The notes beneath the pieces were generated by a model. It was not told the DNA's origin and ran no database searches. It worked only from the letters and a program-made list of their open reading frames with translations. A DNA stretch of 64,000 bases, from assembly GCA_035308025.1 (NCBI GenBank), contig DATGHL010000004.1, forward strand, positions 2,678 to 66,677. The letters are read 5' to 3'. Within the stretch, counting starts at the first letter, position 1. Every line of letters starts with the position of its first letter. The position numbers and the translations under genes were made by a program. Positions 51,499 through 61,795 of this stretch are shown here, in pieces. The stretch comes from Candidatus Binataceae bacterium. Its GTDB lineage: Bacteria; Desulfobacterota; Binatia; Binatales; Binataceae.

Positions 51499-52139
51499 GC
51501 GAGCACGATCACGATCACGACGAGCACAGCGAACACAACGCTCCCGAGAGCGGGCCGGCGCTGCGGGTCAAGGCGCTCGAGGCCGTACTGGTCGAGAAGG
51601 GGTTGGTCGATCCGGCCGCACTGGATGCGATCGTCGACGCCTACGAGCACAAGATCGGGCCGCGCAACGGCGCGCGGGTGGTCGCGCGCGCGTGGACGGA
51701 TCCGGCGTACCGGCGGCGTCTCCTGAGCGGCGACGCTGCCTCCGCGATCGCCGAATTGGGTTTCGCGCCGGGACCGCAGGGCGAGCATATGATGGTGCTC
51801 GAGAACACGCCGCGCGTGCACAACCTCGTCGTCTGCACGCTCTGCTCCTGCTATCCGTGGTCGGTGCTCGGGCTGCCGCCGGTCTGGTACAAGAGCAACG
51901 CCTATCGCTCGCGCGCAGTCAGCGACCCGCGCGGCGTATTGCGCGATTTCGGCCTCGAGTTGCCAGGCGACGTCGAGATTCGGGTGTGGGATTCCAGCGC
52001 CGAAATCCGCTACATGGTGTTGCCGCTGCGACCCGCCGGCAGCGATCACCTGGGCGAGGACGAGCTGGCGCAACTGGTGACGCGCGACGCGATGATCGGA
52101 ACGGGAGTCGTCGCCCCGCCGGCCAAAGCCGCGGGCTGA
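51495..52139 (+). CDS. nthA: nitrile hydratase alpha subunit, cobalt-type
   Basis: Metal-binding '[18 protein letters not shown]' (a Thr in this position indicates the cobalt type). His/Asp-rich N-terminus '[15 protein letters not shown]'. ATGA overlap with beta. Confidence 0.85.
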   Translation: MSEHDHDHDEHSEHNAPESGPALRVKALEAVLVEKGLVDPAALDAIVDAYEHKIGPRNGARVVARAWTDPAYRRRLLSGDAASAIAELGFAPGPQGEHMMVLENTPRVHNLVVCTLCSCYPWSVLGLPPVWYKSNAYRSRAVSDPRGVLRDFGLELPGDVEIRVWDSSAEIRYMVLPLRPAGSDHLGEDELAQLVTRDAMIGTGVVAPPAKAAG

Positions 52140-52167
52140 TCAGGTCACGCGAGATAAATCGAAATCG

Positions 52168-52530
52168 ATGGCGCAATCACTCGAAGAGCTAATGCGGACG
52201 CGCGGGATTGAGCCGCGCGGCGTTACCTTCGCCGAGCCTTGGGAGGCCCGCGCCTTCGCCCTGGCGCTCGATCTGGCGGCGCGCGGGAGCTTCGCGTGGG
52301 AGGAGTTTCGCCAACGCCTGATCGCTGAAATCGCGCGGGCCGACGCACAAGCGGCCGCCGGCGGAAGCCCGACCAGCTATTATGAATGCTGGCTCGCCGC
52401 GCTCGAAGGATCGCTTCGGGAAAACGGCCACGCGAGTTTGGTTGAAATCGACCGTCGCGCCGCGGCGATCGCCGCCAATCCCGCCGCGCGCAACAAGGCG
52501 CTTTCCAGCGGCCCGATTAAAATCGCCTGA
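52168..52530 (+). CDS. nitrile hydratase accessory protein (beta-homologous activator / subunit-swapping chaperone)
   Basis: 'FAEPWEARAFALALDLAARGSFAWEEFRQRLI' mirrors the beta-subunit N-terminus. 120 aa. The beta-alpha-accessory order is that of Co-type NHase operons. Confidence 0.6.
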   Translation: MAQSLEELMRTRGIEPRGVTFAEPWEARAFALALDLAARGSFAWEEFRQRLIAEIARADAQAAAGGSPTSYYECWLAALEGSLRENGHASLVEIDRRAAAIAANPAARNKALSSGPIKIA

Positions 52531-52554
52531 ACACGGGCAGAGTCCGCGCAGAGA

Positions 52555-53097
52555 TTATTTCTTCGCCGCCGGCGCAAGCACGAACCGCTGCCACTCCGCC
52601 AGATGACTGAGTGATTGCAGATTCGGCATCCGATCGAGGTAGACCTCGCCGCGCAGATGGTCGGTTTCATGCTGAATCACCCGCGCATGGAAATCCTCGG
52701 CGACAAAATCGAGTGGTTCGCTATCGCGCCCGAGCGCCGTCACTTGCAACTTCTTGTAGCGCGGCGCCACCCCGCGCATCTCGGGGACGCTGAGACATCC
52801 CTCCCAATCCTCGACGCTCGCGGAATCGAGAATCGTCACCTGCGGATTAATCAAATAGGTCAGCGGAACGTGCGGCATCTCCGGATAGCGCGGATGGTCG
52901 GCGACTTCGAGCACCGCAATCGCGAGCGCGAGGTGGACCTGAGGCGCGGCCAGACCCACACCGTTGTATTCGTGCATGGTTTCGACCATATCGTCGAGCA
53001 GTCGCTGGAACTCGGACGTTCGGATGACGTCGGGGCGGACCGGCTGCGCGATCGTGCGGATGACCGGATGGCCCAGTCGAGCGACTTTGAGGATCAT
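52555..53097 (-). CDS. def: peptide deformylase
   Basis: 'EGCLSVPE' (motif 2) and 'QHETDHLRG' (motif 3). Start at the internal Met (MILKVARL). Confidence 0.8.
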   Translation of the reverse strand: MILKVARLGHPVIRTIAQPVRPDVIRTSEFQRLLDDMVETMHEYNGVGLAAPQVHLALAIAVLEVADHPRYPEMPHVPLTYLINPQVTILDSASVEDWEGCLSVPEMRGVAPRYKKLQVTALGRDSEPLDFVAEDFHARVIQHETDHLRGEVYLDRMPNLQSLSHLAEWQRFVLAPAAKK

Positions 53098-53221
53098 ATA
53101 GGCAGCGCAACTCCAACCAGCCGATGCGCTTCGGCTTATGTGCACTGCAACGGGATGTCAAGCCGCGAAGTCACTCGCGGCTCGGGCGAAGGACCCAGCT
53201 TCGCCCGAGCGCTCGGCGAAA

Positions 53222-53437
53222 TCAGTTGTCGGCGAAGCCGACTACCGCTTGTGCGCCTTCTGCCGATTGTCCGCCCTCGGCGTCCGAGCGCCAGCGGTCG
53301 ATCGACTCGAGGTTAAAGCGCCAGTCACTCCCGACCTTGAAGGCCGGCAGCTGTCTTTTCTTCAGCAGCCGGTAAATGGTCGATGGATGCACTCGCAGGT
53401 AACTCGCCACCTCTTCCAACGTCATCACGTGCGCCAT
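53222..53437 (-). CDS. small helix-turn-helix DNA-binding protein (excisionase/MerR-like HTH)
   Basis: 71 aa. 'LTLEEVASYLRVHPSTIYRLLKKRQLPAFKVGSDWRF'. Confidence 0.45.
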   Translation of the reverse strand: MAHVMTLEEVASYLRVHPSTIYRLLKKRQLPAFKVGSDWRFNLESIDRWRSDAEGGQSAEGAQAVVGFADN

Positions 53438-53738
53438 TAAGAATCTCTCCCCCCCGGTTGTGTGACTTTATGATCGTTCGAGCCCGTTTCTCCAATCCAA
53501 AGTTGACTGGATGTTAACATCGTGCTGTGCAAATGACAAGCGCAAATTCGCTAAGACAAAAAGTTTTCAGGCCAGCGAAACTGACCGTCAGTTAGCGCAG
53601 CTATGAACTCATATCAGTCGGGTCTTTTTACCGAGGGAAGATAAGGAGATTTAACTATGCCCCGGAGCGGGTTCGCGCACGGCCAATCAGACAACGCCTC
53701 CCGAAGCCGGCGCGGACTATAAGCGGGCACCCCTGAAA

Positions 53739-54155
53739 GTGATATGCTGGCGCGGCTCGGGAGGGATCGATTTGCTGCTGCCGTGGGGTGAGAGCGAAAT
53801 CATTGGCGGCCTGTTCGTCGGTGATCTGCAGGACGCGGTCAAGTTTGACGGCATGATTATCAGCGTACTGGGCGACGTCCCGGCGTGCGAGCCGAAGCGT
53901 TCGATTCAATTGCCGTTCCTGCTCAATGGACGCGCCACACTGGACAGCAGCGCGGGCCTGATCGACGCGGCGCTTGCGCTGAATCAGCGCGTGCTCGTGC
54001 ATTGCGAGGAGGGCAGTGAACGCGCGCCCCTTGTGGTCGCGTGGTTTCTGCATACGCGGCGCGGAATGAGTCTTGAGGCCGCGTACGATCTGCTCCAGCG
54101 CAAGCGTCCGATTGTCCGCGAGCGGCGCAGATGGCTGGAGAGGTTCGAGCGTTGA
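53739..54155 (+). CDS. dual-specificity / tyrosine phosphatase-like protein
   Basis: P-loop 'VHCEEGSERAP' (HCx5R). Confidence 0.45.
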   Translation: MICWRGSGGIDLLLPWGESEIIGGLFVGDLQDAVKFDGMIISVLGDVPACEPKRSIQLPFLLNGRATLDSSAGLIDAALALNQRVLVHCEEGSERAPLVVAWFLHTRRGMSLEAAYDLLQRKRPIVRERRRWLERFER

Positions 54156-55441
54156 ACCGCAATCGGGAGGATCGACGCACGAGCGCAGCCGATAGCGATC
54201 GCTATCTAATCGGCCGGTATCATGAGGTGGCGCTCAAAGGGCGCAACCGCTGGCGCTTCGTCGACGAGCTTAAGCGCAATGTCGTCGCCGCCTTCGCCGA
54301 TCATCAACTGGGCGGACTGCGCGGCGCGGGACCGCGCCTGATGGTGCGGCTACCCGCCTCACTCAGCGACGAGGTCGCGAAGGAGCGCGCCGCCCGCATC
54401 TTCGGCCTGCAGAACTTCTCGATCGGCCATCGCGTTCCTCTCGAAATCAGCGCCATCGAGCGCGCCGCGTTGGCCGCTGCGCAGGCGCTCATCCGGACGA
54501 GTTGCGGGAGTGAGCTGACTTTTCGCATTTTGGCGCGCCGCGCCGAGAAGCGCTTCCCGCTCGACTCGGTGGCGATCCAGCGCACGCTCGGCGCCACGAT
54601 CGTGCGTGAACTTGGGCTCAAAGTTAACCTCGGGCATCCCGACCTGGTGGTAGCAATCGAGATCCTGCCGGAAGGCGCGTATGTCTCTGGCGGCAAGCTC
54701 GCGGGCGCGGGCGGCTTGCCGGTGGGGACGACCGGTCAGGGCGCAGTGTTGTTGTCAGGCGGGATCGATTCGCCGGTCGCCGCCTACCGGATGATGCGTC
54801 GCGGCATGCGCCTGAATTTTATTCATTTTCACAGCTACCCGCTGGTCTCGAGCGCCAGCCGCGACAAGGCGCGCGATCTGGCCGCTGCTCTGACCAGTTA
54901 CGAAGCCCATTCGACCCTTATGCTCGTGCCGTTCGCTGAGATCCAGCGGTCGATCGTGGCGCGTGCGCCGCGCTTCCTGCGCGTCGTGCTCTATCGCCGC
55001 TTCATGCTGCGCATCGCCGGCGCGTTGGGCGTAGCGATGGGCGCGCAAGCCTTGGTCACCGGCGAGAGCCTCGGCCAGGTGGCGTCGCAAACGCTCGAGA
55101 ACATGACGGTCATCGAGCAGGCCGCGTCGATTCCGGTGATCCGTCCGCTGATCGGCATGGACAAGAACGAGATCATCGTCGAGGCGCGCCGCCTCGGCAC
55201 CTTCGAGACCTCCATCCTGCCCGACGAGGATTGCTGCTCGTTGTTCGTCCCTTCCCATCCCGCGACCCGCGCGCGCCTGGAGGAAGTCACTGCGGCGGAG
55301 GGGATGCTCGAGATCGCACAGATGGTCGATGACGCCGTCGCCCGCAGCGAGGCGGTCCACAACCTTTTTCCGGCGGCTGCGACGCACGCCGCTCAAAGTG
55401 ATGCGAGCTCGCCGGCGCTTCGACGCCACGAGCTCCAGTAA
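54131..55441 (+). CDS. thiI: tRNA 4-thiouridine(8) synthase ThiI
   Basis: 'YHEVALKGRNRWRF' (THUMP region) and PP-loop 'VLLSGGIDSPVAAY'. Confidence 0.8.
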   Translation: MAGEVRALNRNREDRRTSAADSDRYLIGRYHEVALKGRNRWRFVDELKRNVVAAFADHQLGGLRGAGPRLMVRLPASLSDEVAKERAARIFGLQNFSIGHRVPLEISAIERAALAAAQALIRTSCGSELTFRILARRAEKRFPLDSVAIQRTLGATIVRELGLKVNLGHPDLVVAIEILPEGAYVSGGKLAGAGGLPVGTTGQGAVLLSGGIDSPVAAYRMMRRGMRLNFIHFHSYPLVSSASRDKARDLAAALTSYEAHSTLMLVPFAEIQRSIVARAPRFLRVVLYRRFMLRIAGALGVAMGAQALVTGESLGQVASQTLENMTVIEQAASIPVIRPLIGMDKNEIIVEARRLGTFETSILPDEDCCSLFVPSHPATRARLEEVTAAEGMLEIAQMVDDAVARSEAVHNLFPAAATHAAQSDASSPALRRHELQ

Positions 55442-55462
55442 CCCTCACGCACCCGCGCACCG

Positions 55463-55870
55463 ATGGCTATCCCGTTCACAATCGCGGAACTCGATCACGT
55501 CGTGCTCCGATGCCGTAATCAGGCGCGGGCGCTGGACTTCTACACGCGCGTGCTCGGCCTGCGCGAGGAGCGACGCGTCGAGCATCTCGGCCTGATCCAG
55601 TTGCGCGCCGGCGCCGGCATGGTCGACCTGATTCCAGCTCCCGATGGGGCAGCCGAACTTGACCGCAATGTCGATCATTTTTGCCTCGGCGTCGTCACCG
55701 ATGATCTTGCGAAGACGGCGAGCCATCTGCGCGCGCTCGGCGTCGAGGTGCTCGGCGAGCCGGAAATTCGTTATGGTGCGCGCGGCCTCGGCCGTTCGAT
55801 TTATATCCGCGATCCTGAAGGCAACGTGATCGAGCTGAAGCAGATGCCCGCCGGCCTTAATCCACGATGA
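55463..55870 (+). CDS. VOC-family (glyoxalase/bleomycin-resistance/dioxygenase fold) protein
   Basis: 'LDHVVLRCRNQARALDFYTRVLGL' and the repeated beta-alpha-beta-beta-beta module. Confidence 0.6.
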   Translation: MAIPFTIAELDHVVLRCRNQARALDFYTRVLGLREERRVEHLGLIQLRAGAGMVDLIPAPDGAAELDRNVDHFCLGVVTDDLAKTASHLRALGVEVLGEPEIRYGARGLGRSIYIRDPEGNVIELKQMPAGLNPR

Positions 55871-57000
55871 GCCGGTGCCCGCGGTGGTTCACATCACTGC
55901 TCTGCGCGATGGCCCTCGCCGGATGTGCGCGCCGCCTGCCGCACGGCGTCGCCGAGCGCTATCTCGAGAATCTCCAGCAATTCAACTACCCAGCCTGCTA
56001 TGAACTGCTCTCTCAGGATGACCATCGCGACCGCGCGCTGCCGGAATTCCTCACCGAGATCCCGCTCGCGCCCGACGCCAGCCCGGTGTGGTTTCGTCCG
56101 CTGCTGCATCTGACGCACTACCAGTTGGGCGCCGAGGAGCGCGGCGCCAACGGCCTCACCGCAACCGTGCCGGTCAGGATCACGGCGCCGGACCTGCCGC
56201 GCTGGGAGCGCTCCCTCAATGCCGCGGTCGGCCGCGGCGGCGTCACCACCGACGCCGCGCAAGCCTCGCTCGATCGCGGGAACTATCCGCGCTGGATCTA
56301 TGACGACCGGATTTTCCTCGTGAAGGAACATCATCGTTGGCGCGTGGTCGCCGGCTTTGCCGCGCGCGATCGCATCGTCGACCGCCATCGTCAGGCGATG
56401 AACGATTATTTCGCGCTGCGCTACGATCAGGCGATCGCCGAGTGGCGTTCGATGATCGATGATTTGAGCCATCAGGAGGGTACTGGCAGCACCGGGCTGG
56501 CGGCGCGTTATAGTCAGGAACTGGGACGCATGGAACGTCTGCGAGCCTCGCGCGGCGAGATGGATCAATATATGGCGATGCTCAAATTGAAAAACGTCGC
56601 GATGAAGATGTCAGAGGACCGGGTGCCCGCAATTTTCGGAGACGTAAGTAATACCGGCGATCGGCCCGTCGATATACTGATCCTGTCGGTAACCTGGTAT
56701 GAGGGCCGCGGCAAGGATTTGAAACAGGTCGACCATGAGGAACATCCGATAATTATCACGCCGCTCGAATTCACCGACTTCACGGCGCCCGTCGCCCCCT
56801 TGATGCCCGGCGAATCGCGGCCCTTCGGCTTCACTCTGAGCGTGGCGCCCGCGGTGCAGCAGGTCGCTTCACCTTATGTGACAATCAGTCAGCTGGCATT
56901 TGGCGATGGTGCATTAGCCAAGGCCGCCGGACCGTTCGTCAGGTCTGCCACCGCGACGCCATCTGCCACCTCGAGCCCTTCTGACCATCATCAGCCGTGA
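55867..57000 (+). CDS. lipoprotein of unknown function
   Basis: 'SLLCAMALAGCARR' lipobox. No recognisable domain. Confidence 0.35.
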   Translation: MSRCPRWFTSLLCAMALAGCARRLPHGVAERYLENLQQFNYPACYELLSQDDHRDRALPEFLTEIPLAPDASPVWFRPLLHLTHYQLGAEERGANGLTATVPVRITAPDLPRWERSLNAAVGRGGVTTDAAQASLDRGNYPRWIYDDRIFLVKEHHRWRVVAGFAARDRIVDRHRQAMNDYFALRYDQAIAEWRSMIDDLSHQEGTGSTGLAARYSQELGRMERLRASRGEMDQYMAMLKLKNVAMKMSEDRVPAIFGDVSNTGDRPVDILILSVTWYEGRGKDLKQVDHEEHPIIITPLEFTDFTAPVAPLMPGESRPFGFTLSVAPAVQQVASPYVTISQLAFGDGALAKAAGPFVRSATATPSATSSPSDHHQP

Positions 57001-57923
57001 ACCGGATCATCACCATCGCGGCGCCGACGCACAATCGTTCGCGCCTGCTGCTCGAAACGCTTGCAAGTATCGCGGCGCTCGAAATTCCCGGCGGTTTCAC
57101 CGCCGAGTGTTTGATCATCGACAACAATTCGACCGACGATACGGCCGCAGTCGCCGATCGCTTCGCCGTGTCGGCGCCGTTCCCGATGCGCCGCGTCTTT
57201 GAGCCGCGACAAGGTTCGAGCTATGCACGCAACCGCGCGGTGGACGAAGCGCGCGGCGACGTCATCCTGTTCATCGACGATGACGCGGTGGCCGAGCCGC
57301 GCTGGGCGCTCGAGTTACTCGCCGCGATGGAGCGTCGGCGTCTCGACGCGGTCTGCGGGATGGTCATCCCGCGCTGGAGCGCATCGCCGCCGCCATGGCT
57401 CGGACCCAGCCTCCAGATCAAGCTGGCGGTGCACAATGTGCCCGAATTGCTGGCCGCACCGCCGCATCAGCTCGATTCGATTCATAACTATTTCAGCGCG
57501 AACGTCGGATTTCGGCGCGAGACTTTCGCGCGCTTCGGACGCTTTCGCGAGGAGTTGGGCGTCGTCGGCGGCAATCCGATGTCGGGTGAGGATACCGAGC
57601 TGTTCGAGCGCATCATGCGTGCGGGTGGCGCGATGGGTTTCGCGCCCGCCGCCCGTGTCCATCATCTGATTCCGCCCGAACGGATGACGCGGGCCTATCT
57701 GCGTCGCAAGAGCTACGCCTTCGGGCTGGGCAGCGCGATCGCCGGTGGCCGCACGCACAATCATCCGGATAAGCTCGCGCGTAACGCGATCCGGATGGCG
57801 ATGGCTTTGATGCGTGGCGAACGCGAGCGGGCGATCTATCATGAACTCGAATGCGCAAATTTCTTCGGCTACTGGCGCGGCCGCCTCGCGTTGACACTGG
57901 CGGCGCGCGATATCCGCGCATAG
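56997..57923 (+). CDS. family 2 glycosyltransferase
   Basis: 'ITIAAPTHNRSRLLLETLASI....CLIIDNNSTDDT' and 'ILFIDDDAV' (DxD). Confidence 0.65.
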   Translation: MNRIITIAAPTHNRSRLLLETLASIAALEIPGGFTAECLIIDNNSTDDTAAVADRFAVSAPFPMRRVFEPRQGSSYARNRAVDEARGDVILFIDDDAVAEPRWALELLAAMERRRLDAVCGMVIPRWSASPPPWLGPSLQIKLAVHNVPELLAAPPHQLDSIHNYFSANVGFRRETFARFGRFREELGVVGGNPMSGEDTELFERIMRAGGAMGFAPAARVHHLIPPERMTRAYLRRKSYAFGLGSAIAGGRTHNHPDKLARNAIRMAMALMRGERERAIYHELECANFFGYWRGRLALTLAARDIRA

Positions 57924-57953
57924 CGAGCCGCGCATAACGATCGATAGGAGTAC

Positions 57954-59186
57954 TTGATGGAAAAGCGGGATTTCTATCGCGATGCGCGCAAGGACCTTAC
58001 CGGACCCTTGCACGGCCTCCGCGTGCTCGAAGCAACGACCAGTTGGGCCGGTCCGATGTGCGGATGCGTGCTCGCCGATCTCGGCGCTGACGTCATCAAA
58101 GTGGAGGCGACCGAAGGCGAAGTCGGCCGCCGGGTCCGGCCGTTTGTGACCGGCGAAGGCAGCACCGTCAGCTTTCTGCACGCGACCGTCAACCGCAACA
58201 AGCGCAGCCTGACGCTGGATTTGCGCAGCGCCGAGGGACGCAAAATTTTTCTCGGCCTCGCCGCGCGTTCCGACGTCGTGGTCCAGAACTTTCGTCCCGG
58301 CACCTTCGATAAATGGGGCCTCGGCTACGACCACTGCCGTGCGGTCAAGCCGGACATCATCTATGTATCGATCAGCGGGTTCGGCCTCTTCGGTCCGGAT
58401 CACGACCGCCCGGGCTACGATCCCGTCGCGGAAGCGGCCTCGGGCTTCATGTCGCTCAACGGCTCCGCCGACGGCGGGCCGGTCCGCTGCGCCACCTATC
58501 TAGGCGACGACCTGGCCGGACTGCATGGCGCCTTGAGCGCGCTCGCCGCGCTCCGCCATCGCGATCAGACCGGCGAGGGACAGCATATCGACGTCTCCCT
58601 GATGGATTCGATTTTATTTCAATCCAACGGCTATCTGACCCTGGGCGCGATCGGTTTCCCATTGCAGCGGCTCGGCAACGGCTCGTTGTTCAGCGCCCCG
58701 GTCAATGCATTTGAATGCGCCGACGGCCACGTCTTCCTCGCCGTGCTGCTCGAACCCCATTGGCGCGCACTGGCGAAAATTATCGGGCGTCTCGACATGA
58801 TCGACGATCCGCGCTTCGCGACGATGGAAGCGCGCCATCATTCCGTCAAGGAGACCGACGCTGCCGTGGCCGCCTGGATGAAAACGCAACCGATCGCGGA
58901 GGTCGAGCGCTCCTTGACCGCAGCCGGGGTCCCCGTCGCCGGCGTCCGCACCTATGCGGAAGTAGCGCGCAGTCCGCACGTTCTCGAACGCGAGATGCTC
59001 CAGCCGGTCGAGCAGGAAGACGGCAAGACTGTGCCGATTACCGGGCCGGCCGCGAAGTTTTCACGCACGCCGACGCGGGTCCGCCGCCGCGCCGCCAGCC
59101 TCGGTGAACATACCGACGAAATCCTCGCCGAACTCGGCCTCGACTCGACAAAGCGCCAGAACTTGCGCGCCTCGAAAGTGACTTGA
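57954..59186 (+). CDS. family III CoA-transferase (CaiB/BaiF)
   Basis: 'GLRVLEATTSWAGPMCGCVLADLGADVIKVE' canonical N-terminus and the interlocked-ring fold pattern. Confidence 0.8.
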   Translation: MMEKRDFYRDARKDLTGPLHGLRVLEATTSWAGPMCGCVLADLGADVIKVEATEGEVGRRVRPFVTGEGSTVSFLHATVNRNKRSLTLDLRSAEGRKIFLGLAARSDVVVQNFRPGTFDKWGLGYDHCRAVKPDIIYVSISGFGLFGPDHDRPGYDPVAEAASGFMSLNGSADGGPVRCATYLGDDLAGLHGALSALAALRHRDQTGEGQHIDVSLMDSILFQSNGYLTLGAIGFPLQRLGNGSLFSAPVNAFECADGHVFLAVLLEPHWRALAKIIGRLDMIDDPRFATMEARHHSVKETDAAVAAWMKTQPIAEVERSLTAAGVPVAGVRTYAEVARSPHVLEREMLQPVEQEDGKTVPITGPAAKFSRTPTRVRRRAASLGEHTDEILAELGLDSTKRQNLRASKVT

Positions 59187-59656
59187 GGAACTTTACGCAA
59201 TAGCAGCCAAATACGTTGATTCTTATATCGTCGCTCGCAGACTTTCTCAGAATTACCTTGCTACTTCTAGTAGCACTACTCTACTTTTGTCATTCTGAGC
59301 GCGGCGAGGAAATCCCGGATTCTTGAGCCTCCGATTCATTACTTGATGATGAGAGCGCTCCTGGGGGATAGCAAATAATGCTTGCCGGAATTAAATGCAC
59401 TCGTTCAACTCCTGCTGGAGGGAAGCGAAAGGGCTGGGCTGACTCGTCGCTTTCGCAGGGATGCGAGTTTTTGACTATCCCGTTCGAGTCTCTCAGAGTA
59501 AGAAGAGGGCGAAGACTTCCAAAGGATTTGGCGGAAAAAGGGCTTCCCTCGGCGCGCTGAATTCTGTTCACGAATCGGATAGGTTTGGCCTCGGAGCGCA
59601 GGTTGTGGTTGGGAGGAGCGTCGCGGCCAGCGGGTCGCGATCGGGAGGTGAGCGCG

Positions 59657-60679
59657 ATGCGGCTATGCGTGGGAACTGCCAAGGGTATCGTAATCCTTGA
59701 TCCGGATCGCGGGGCGACGCCGCGGATGGTCTCGGCCGATCCGCCCTCGGTCTGGTGCCTCGCGCAGGATTGCGCCAAACCGAATCTGCTCTATGCCGGC
59801 TCGATCCACAATGCGCAAGCGGGCAGCGCGCGCGGCAAGGGCGCGCTGGCGCTCTCCGACGACGGTGGACGGAGCTGGCGCGACATCACTCCGGGCATCG
59901 CGCGCGACGAAGAGGTCTGGGCGCTCGCCGCGGCCCCCGATCGTTCCGGCGAAGTTTTCGTCGGGGCCTCGAACGCGCGTCTGTTGCGCAGCGAGGACGC
60001 GGGCCGCAGCTTCCGCGAGTGCCTGGGCTTTCTCAAGCTGCCCGGCCGCGACCGCTGGACCTTTCCCCAGCCGCCGCACATTCCGCACGTCCGCTCGATC
60101 AGTTTCAATCCGCACGACGCGAATACGATCTACGTCGGCGTCGAGGAAGGCGGCGCCTTCCGCTCGCGCGATCGCGGCCGGAGCTTCGAGCCGCTCAGCC
60201 AGAATATCTACGCCGACATCCACTGCCTCGCCGCCGACCGGAACGATCCGCATCGTCTCTATGCGACCACCGGCGGTGGCTTTTATGTCTCGACGACCGG
60301 CGGCGCGGCCTGGACGCTGCTGAAAGGGCTCGGCCGCCCGTATGTCGTGCCGCTGCTCCCCCTCCCCGGCGGCATCATCTACACGGCTGCGGCCGGCGGT
60401 CCGCCTCCGACCTGGTCGATGGATCAAATTGGCGCCAACGCCCTGATGTACCGCAGCACCGACCACGGCGTCAGCTTCACGCCGATCGCGCAGGCTGACG
60501 GCAACGTCTATCCGACCCGCGGGATGGTGATGCGGCTGATCGCACAGCCCGGCGATGAGCGGATTTTGTTCGGCGCACTCAGCGACGGGACCGTGATCAG
60601 AATGGACGAACGCGACGACACCGTGGCGATTGTCGCCGAAAAGCTCCCCCCGGCCTTCGACCTCGTCGCGCTGCCTTGA
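59657..60679 (+). CDS. BNR/Asp-box repeat protein (Ycf48/sialidase-like beta-propeller)
   Basis: Repeated Asp-boxes 'SDDGGRSW', 'SEDAGRSF', 'SRDRGRSF', 'STTGGAAW'. Start at the internal Met of ORF 59585..60679. Confidence 0.5.
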   Translation: MRLCVGTAKGIVILDPDRGATPRMVSADPPSVWCLAQDCAKPNLLYAGSIHNAQAGSARGKGALALSDDGGRSWRDITPGIARDEEVWALAAAPDRSGEVFVGASNARLLRSEDAGRSFRECLGFLKLPGRDRWTFPQPPHIPHVRSISFNPHDANTIYVGVEEGGAFRSRDRGRSFEPLSQNIYADIHCLAADRNDPHRLYATTGGGFYVSTTGGAAWTLLKGLGRPYVVPLLPLPGGIIYTAAAGGPPPTWSMDQIGANALMYRSTDHGVSFTPIAQADGNVYPTRGMVMRLIAQPGDERILFGALSDGTVIRMDERDDTVAIVAEKLPPAFDLVALP

Positions 60680-60737
60680 AATGACTCAGCCCTTGACTCT
60701 TTAGCGAAAAAATAGCGAAACTGGACGCGGTGATTCG

Positions 60738-61721
60738 ATGAATGCCGCGTCAAAGCTCTCCCTGTTGCCGGCGACTGCCGCCGCGCGCACCCGTCTGCGC
60801 GACGTCGAGTTCGTCGAGATGCCGGTAAAGCAGATTCTCAATCGCTGCAACAGTCCAGGGATGCCCTTCCGCTGGACGATTAACCCTTATCGCGGATGCG
60901 AGTTCGGCTGCGTCTATTGCTACGCGCGCTACACCCACGAGTTTCTCGATCAGCGCGACCCGATGGCTTTCGAGCGGCGAATTTTCGTCAAGCGTGGCGC
61001 CGCCGAGGCGCTCGCGCGCAACCTCGCACGGACCGCGATAGGCACCGATCAGATCGCGCTCGGCACTGCCACCGATCCGTATCAGCCGGCGGAGCGAAAA
61101 TTCGGGCTGACGCGCGCGATGCTCGAAGTCTTCGCGCGGCTGGGTGGGCTGAACCTGTCGATCACCACCAAGTCGTCGCTGATCACGCGCGACCTCGATC
61201 TGCTGCGGAGCATCAATCAGCGCTCGCAGCTGAGCGTCAATTTTTCGCTGATTACGCTGAATCGACGGCTCCAACGCGCCCTCGAGCCGCGCGCGCCGCG
61301 CCCGTCGTTGCGTCTGCACGCACTTCGGGAGCTGAGTGGCGCGGGAATCCGCTGCAACCTCCTGATGATGCCGATGATTCCAGGAATCACCGACGACCCG
61401 GCGGCGATCGAGCGCGTAATCCAGAATGCGCGACGCTTCGGCGCGTCAGCAGTCTGGTGGCGATCGCTGTTCCTCAAGCCGGCCGCCGCGCGCCGCTTCC
61501 TGCCCTTCGCGCGTAAAGCTTTTCCCGCGCAAGCGGCGCGAATCGACGATTATTACGTGCGCGGCGCCTATGCGCCGCGCGCCTACGACGATCATCTCGG
61601 CATGATCTTCGATCGGCTGCGCCGCAAATACGGTTTCGCGCTCGCGCGGGAGGAGCAGGATCGAGCAGCGCGGGCGACTGGCGGCAACGCTGCGGACGTT
61701 CAGTCTCTGCTCGGCTTTTAG
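60738..61721 (+). CDS. radical SAM protein, SplB / DNA-photolyase-like family
   Basis: 'FRWTINPYRGCEFGCVYCYARYT' is a CxxxCxxC cluster in the spore-photoproduct-lyase-like context. Confidence 0.65.
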   Translation: MNAASKLSLLPATAAARTRLRDVEFVEMPVKQILNRCNSPGMPFRWTINPYRGCEFGCVYCYARYTHEFLDQRDPMAFERRIFVKRGAAEALARNLARTAIGTDQIALGTATDPYQPAERKFGLTRAMLEVFARLGGLNLSITTKSSLITRDLDLLRSINQRSQLSVNFSLITLNRRLQRALEPRAPRPSLRLHALRELSGAGIRCNLLMMPMIPGITDDPAAIERVIQNARRFGASAVWWRSLFLKPAAARRFLPFARKAFPAQAARIDDYYVRGAYAPRAYDDHLGMIFDRLRRKYGFALAREEQDRAARATGGNAADVQSLLGF

Positions 61722-61795
61722 ACGCTGCCCCCATCGACAGTTCGGTTTACACTGAAAACCTCTGCTGCTAGCTTCCGATCGGTGGAAACTCTGCG

